64,000 nucleotides of DNA, from assembly GCF_009914755.1 (NCBI RefSeq), contig NC_060927.1, one strand, 5' to 3'. Position numbers and translations under genes: made by a program. Below the pieces are notes generated by a model. That model worked only from the letters and a program-made list of their open reading frames with translations. It searched no databases and was not told where the DNA came from. Origin of the DNA: the human T2T-CHM13v2.0 reference genome, Homo sapiens. The stretch's first letter is position 1. Every line of letters starts with the position of its first letter. Shown here piece after piece: positions 57,890 to 64,000 of the stretch.

Positions 57890-59180
57890 TTATTTCTTTT
57901 TTATTGATACGTAATATTTGTACATATTTATGGGATACATGTGCTATCTTGACACGTGCATGCGATACCTAATGATCAAATCAGGGCATTTAGGATATTC
58001 ATCACCTTAAACACTGATGTCTTTGTGTTGGGAACATTTCAAATCTTCTAGTTATTTTGAAATGTACAATGTATTATTGTTAACTGTAGTCACCCTACTG
58101 TTCCATTAAACACTAAAACTTATTCTTTCTATCTGACTGTATTTGTACCCATTAACCAACCTCTCTTCATTCTCCATCTCCCTACATATCCTTCCCAGCC
58201 TCCAGTAACTATCATTTTACTCTGCCTCCGTGAGATCAGCATTTGGTTTCCACACTTGTCTTTCTGTGTCTGGCTTATTTCAGTTAACATAAAGTTCTCC
58301 AGTTCCCTTCGTGTTTTTGTAAATGTCAGGATTTTATTCTTTTTTATGGCTGAAATAGTATTCCATTGGGTGTATGTATATTTATGTGTATATGTGTGTA
58401 TGTATCACATTTTCTTTATCCAATCATCCACTTACGGACATGTAAGCTAATTCCATATCTTGGCTATTGTGATAGTTTTATAATAAACATGAGGGTGCAG
58501 ATATCCCTTAGACATATCAATTTCCTTTCCTTTCCTTTGAATATTTATTCAATGGTACTGCTGGGTCATATTATAGTTCTATTTTTAGCTTTTTGAGAAA
58601 CCTCATACTGTTTTCCATATGACTATATTAATTTACATTCCCACCAACAGTGTATAAGAGTTCTCTTTTCTCTGCATCCTTGCCAGCATGTATTTTTTGT
58701 CTTTTTGATAATAGCCATTCCTACTGGAGTAAGATAATATCTCATTGTGGTTTTAATTTCTATTTTCCTGATTATTAGGATTTTGAACATTTTTACATAT
58801 ACCTGTTGGCCATTTGTACATATTCTTTTTAGAAATGTCTATACAGATATTTTGCATATTTTTTAATGGGATTTTTTTTTTTGCTGTTGAGTTCCTTGTA
58901 TATTCTAGATATTAGTCCCTTCTCAAGTACATAGTTTGCAATGTTTCTGCCACTTAACAGGTTGTCTTTTCTCTCTGTTGATTGTTTCCTTTGCTATGCA
59001 GAAACTTTTTAGTTTAATATAATCCAATTTGTTTGTTGACTTTTAGTTTTTGTGGCCTGTGCTTTAGAGGTCTCAGCCATAAAATCTTTGCCTAGGCCAA
59101 TGTCCTGGAGCATTTTCTCTCTGTTTCCTTCTAGTAGTTTTATAGTTTTGGATCTTACATTTAAGTTTTTAATCCAAATA
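57890..59180 (-). mobile_element. L1MA (MA4/5-like) 3' end
   Basis: tttattgatacgtaatatttgtacatatttatggg...tttacattcccaccaacagtgtataagag...ttttatagtttt. Confidence 0.88.
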
Positions 59181-61968
59181 AATCATTTCTTTTGAACAAA
59201 AATTCAAAGACTTTGAAGCCTGAAAGCCTATAAATCAAACAATAATTGAAAAGAATTTGGAAAACTGGAACCGCTAAAATCTATGAACAAGAGGTAATAA
59301 AATCAGAAGAACTACACAATGGAACAGGAAATGATGAATATTTGTGTTGCTTGGAAATAATAGCATTAACTAAACTAGCTGTGAAACTGAAGAGTAGCTT
59401 TCAGCAACCACATACACTAGAAGGTAGAGGCAAAGGCAAAAGAAGCTCTGTTTTTTTTTTTAAATCAAGAATATATGTGGCTTGGTAAAATATCTGCTCC
59501 AATTACACTGGACAAGATTTACTACAAAAATGTTTTCTTTGCCTAACTAAGTTTTAAAGACTGGATTGTGCATAGAAGCATAATTAACACATATTTTTTA
59601 AAACAACTATTCAAAAAATCAATAAGTGGTTACTGCTCCTGTAATTTTGAAATGACCAGGGAGACAGTATATAGAAGCAGTGGATGGTTTGAGGAAAGGG
59701 TTCAAACATGTCTCTGGCCTAGGGAGAAGCAGTCCTCAGCAGAGAGGCAGAGAGTTTGTAGGAATTAACAGGACTCAGTAACTGCCAACTGTCATTATCT
59801 GAGCACCTATTCTTTTGTGCTTTCTGCTATGGAATTATGCTTATTCATATTTAGAGTTGACATTTATTAAGTCTTCTTACGGCCCAGGAATTATGCTATA
59901 AATTTTATTAATACAAGTAATATAAAACTGATCACTAGTAAACAAAATTATTAATTTTAAAAGATAATTATTGAAAACCTGTTATGTGCCAGGTATTGTG
60001 CCAAGCATTTTATATACTTATTTCCCATTTGTAATTAACTATCTGGGTTTTATATTCATCCACTCAATAAGTGTTTTACTCTTTCTTCCATATACATTTA
60101 TATTATGTGAACTGTTTAAAAGAACACTATGAGTTTTGTAAATGAACAAAAAATACATAGACCCATACTAGTAGGAGACATTGAAGTCCCTGTGCTAACC
60201 TGGAGATAGAACCATGAGCAAAATGGGCAAGAGGACTGTCCTCATGAAGCTCTAATAAGGAAGACAGACAATTACAAGTAAGCAAGTAAATACCTAACAT
60301 ATTGGATGGTGATAAGTCAGGAAGTGAAGATAAATGAAGGAGAGTAAGGAAGGCAGATAAAGATAAGGAAGTGGGTGGGGGACGCTGGCTGGAGGGAGTC
60401 TTTTACACAAGGTAATAATGTGTGGGAACTGCAGGACTTATAGGAACTTATAGAACTTATAGGAAAGGTCTATATTTATGAAAAAGAGACATTTTAGCAG
60501 AGACCCGAAACAGGTAAGGACAGAATTTTTCCAAGCAAAACAGAGATAGATGTCATCATTAGACCTATTTTACAAGTGAGGAATCAGGACTGATAGAGAC
60601 GGGCACAGACAGCAATGTTCATCAGATATTCCATTTGTTCCTCTACATTTCCCTGTCCCCTTTCAGTTACAAAGCATAATGACAAATTAACTGGAAATGG
60701 TTACAGTACAATATGTTAAGTTTGAGTAATGTGTTTTATTTTCAGAATCCTATGCCTTTTATTACAAAATTAACAATGTTTTGTAAACCACTCAAGCAAT
60801 ATAAAAGCATGCTAAGAGAAAGTAAAATTCTTCCTTAATCCAACTTTCCAAAGGTTACCATAATTAATAGCATGTGTCCTTCCAAATACTTTGTTATAAC
60901 AGTATATTATTATATAAAAATAAGTATGTCCATTTCATAATATTTCTTAAAATTAGCTGAATATCAGTGGAGTGGCAGTTGAAGCGAGATGGACATTCTG
61001 GGGTAGGAGGTGTAGCAGTGCGGGTTTTGATACTGAGCGTCAGCACCTGTGATCCCTCTAATAGAGATTCAGAGTTTATAGAACTTGGCACTGGTGATGG
61101 TGGAACAATCTTCTCACTGAGCCTCTTTCTGGGACATAATTTTTGGGCACTGTTCTTCGCTGCTTAGCCTCCAAGCCTGGTTCTCCTCCAATCCTCCTTG
61201 CAATTCTGGACAATGCCCAATTTCGTTTGTAAATTGAAATGTTAAATTGCAAGTAGAGACTGAAAAGCACCAGAATCCAATTCTCAAAATATTCCTAAAT
61301 GAGGAGCCAAACCAAATTGCAGAAATTTCCAAGCAGGTGGCTGAGAACCAACATGCTGTTTACACTTTAAAGAAATTGTTTTTCTGCTTGAATTAACCAG
61401 AGTTCATTTCTACTCATTGCAACTAAGCTACCTGACAGACACAATGACCTTAATTAACCCCTGGCCAGAGTTGATTGGTCAAAAGTTGGAAACCTCAACC
61501 CACCTTGACTCTCTTATTATCCAGTTCTGCATTATGACATTTAGTGGCCTAAAATGGTAATTTGTTATCTCCCAATGTTCAGAGGATGGCTGGACTCAAC
61601 TAGGAAGTGTCACTTGGGATCCTTCATGTACTTGCAGTCAGATATCAGTTGGGCCTGCAGTCATCTGAAGGCCCAGCTAAGCTGGATGTTTAAGATGATT
61701 CACTTATATGCCTGGCAACTGTTGCTCACTGCCCAGTGGGTTTTCGGTTCAGGCTATTAACAAGTGCACGCTACATGGCATCTCCGTGTGGTTTGAGCTT
61801 CTTGCAACATAGTGAGAAGTTCCGATAGAGAGCATCTAATAACTAGAATTCCAAGAACCCCAGGTGGGAAGCTGCAAGGCTTCAAAATTCACACAACATC
61901 ACACCCCATTCAAGATAGAGTCACAGAAACAGCTTAGATTTGGGAAAGGGACCTGTAGTATAAGGGCA

Positions 61969-62438
61969 TGTGGCCGGCAGAAAAATAGTCCTCCAAAGAT
62001 GTCCATGTTCTAAGCCACAGAATGTTACCTTATATGGCACAAGGGGCTTTGCAGATGTGATTAAGTGTATAAACCTTGAGATGGGGCGATTTTCCCTGTG
62101 CCCAATTTAATCATGTGTGTACTTAAAAGTGGAGAAATCTTTCTCAGCGCCAGAGAAACAGAGAGAAGGCAACATGAAGACTCGGCCTGTCATTGCTAGC
62201 TTGAAGATGGAGGAAGGGATCTCCAAACCAAGAATGCAGGCAGCCTTGAGAAACTAGCAAATGCAAGTAAATAGATTCTCCCCTAGAGCTTCCAGAAAGG
62301 AATGCAGCCCTGCTGGCATATTGATGTCGGCCAAGTGCTACCTGGGCTGGACTTAGGACCTACAGAATAGTAAGATAATTCATGTTAACCCACAAAAACT
62401 ATAGCAATTTGTGATAGCAGTGATAGGAAACTAATTTA
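61969..62438 (+). mobile_element. MLT1D/E-like LTR nested in an older antisense MLT1 (~61545-62490)
   Basis: tgtgg...ccaaagatgtccatgt...ctttgcagatgtgattaag...gattctcccctagagc...ggaaactaat. Confidence 0.75.
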
Positions 62439-63412
62439 CTAGAAGGCATGGCTCATTGGAATATTATCTTTGAACACCAGGTACCACACCTGACCTATAA
62501 GAGCCCTTTCTTAGAAGTTCAAAATTACAGGTAAAAAATCAACCTCTTAGGTGAAAAAGATTTAAATCCACAAAAATGTTGGTGGCAGTCTGTTTTCTAC
62601 CCTGTGCTCTGTAATTGAAATACTGTATAACACTTACAACTTTTGAAATGAATTAATGATAGCAATGCTAATTGAAAATGAAAACTCTCAGACACTTAAC
62701 CTGTTATTTGATCTCCATTGTACAAAAGAGGCTTTATCAATTTACTGGAACAATCAGCCTATGTCTTCCAACAATTAGACCATTTAAATCTAGAGATAGT
62801 CATTTGCTTTAATAAGTAAGTTCCTTAGGTAAGAAAGAAATATATACATATGCTTTGGTAGATATAAAATAAGTGTTCAAATGTAACTAACTTTAAGCAG
62901 GAACTAGACAGTGTGAACTGGGATATCTGGATAGGGGAGTCTAAGAGACTAAGAAGTTAGGCATCTGAGTTACCCACCTGACCCAAAGGCAACCAGGCTA
63001 TAGCAACACACAGATAACAAGTTGAGGAAAGAAGAAATATTCCGGAGTTTTTTACACAAGTTTTTCTATAAGTCTGGTTATAGGATAGTAAGATAAAAAT
63101 CAGCTGAATTCTCAATATTTAGTTTTTTTTAGTGGTTCTGTTATTCAAACAAACAAAAATTGAAATATAAATTTAAAGAGTGTGGGATTGTCCTGTCTCC
63201 AATCACTACTTTACTCTTCTCCTTCCTACTCAACAGCACTTAACTTCCCCAGAAAATGCATAATGAGATGCTCAAGATTATGTTAGTGGAAAACTGCTTT
63301 TTTAACTTATTTGGAATAAACAATGTTTACCATGAAGATTTTAAAAACTAAGCCAGAGTCTTCCTTTGATACTAACAAAATATTGGTGAACAAAGGAAAA
63401 GCTGTGTTTTAA

Positions 63413-64000
<588 letters not shown>

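Overview
AT-rich primate (human-like) genomic DNA made up largely of interspersed repeats; it looks intronic or intergenic. I can support no host protein-coding exon: the ORF track is explained by L1/Alu/LTR/DNA-transposon sequence or by chance ORFs. Repeat-family names come from my recollection of consensus sequences, and subfamily calls and the edges of old elements are approximate. The main element is a full-length but dead L1PA4-like LINE-1 (26306-32484, + strand, 16-bp TSD). Most notable observations: (1) a ~1.1-kb L1 3'-transduction inserted into Tigger1 (33808-34909), with a ~35-bp L1 stub, foreign flank, A-tail and a perfect 15-bp TSD; (2) a HERV-K LTR14-like solo LTR with a strand-specific G-to-A pattern typical of APOBEC3 editing (7088-7632); (3) a twin-primed (5'-inverted) L1MA inside a Charlie transposon; (4) further ultra-short L1 stubs and possible micro-transductions; (5) non-repetitive islands with candidate enhancer motifs and lncRNA splice signals. 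I found no evidence for a new multi-gene system. The interesting signal here is retrotransposition history.
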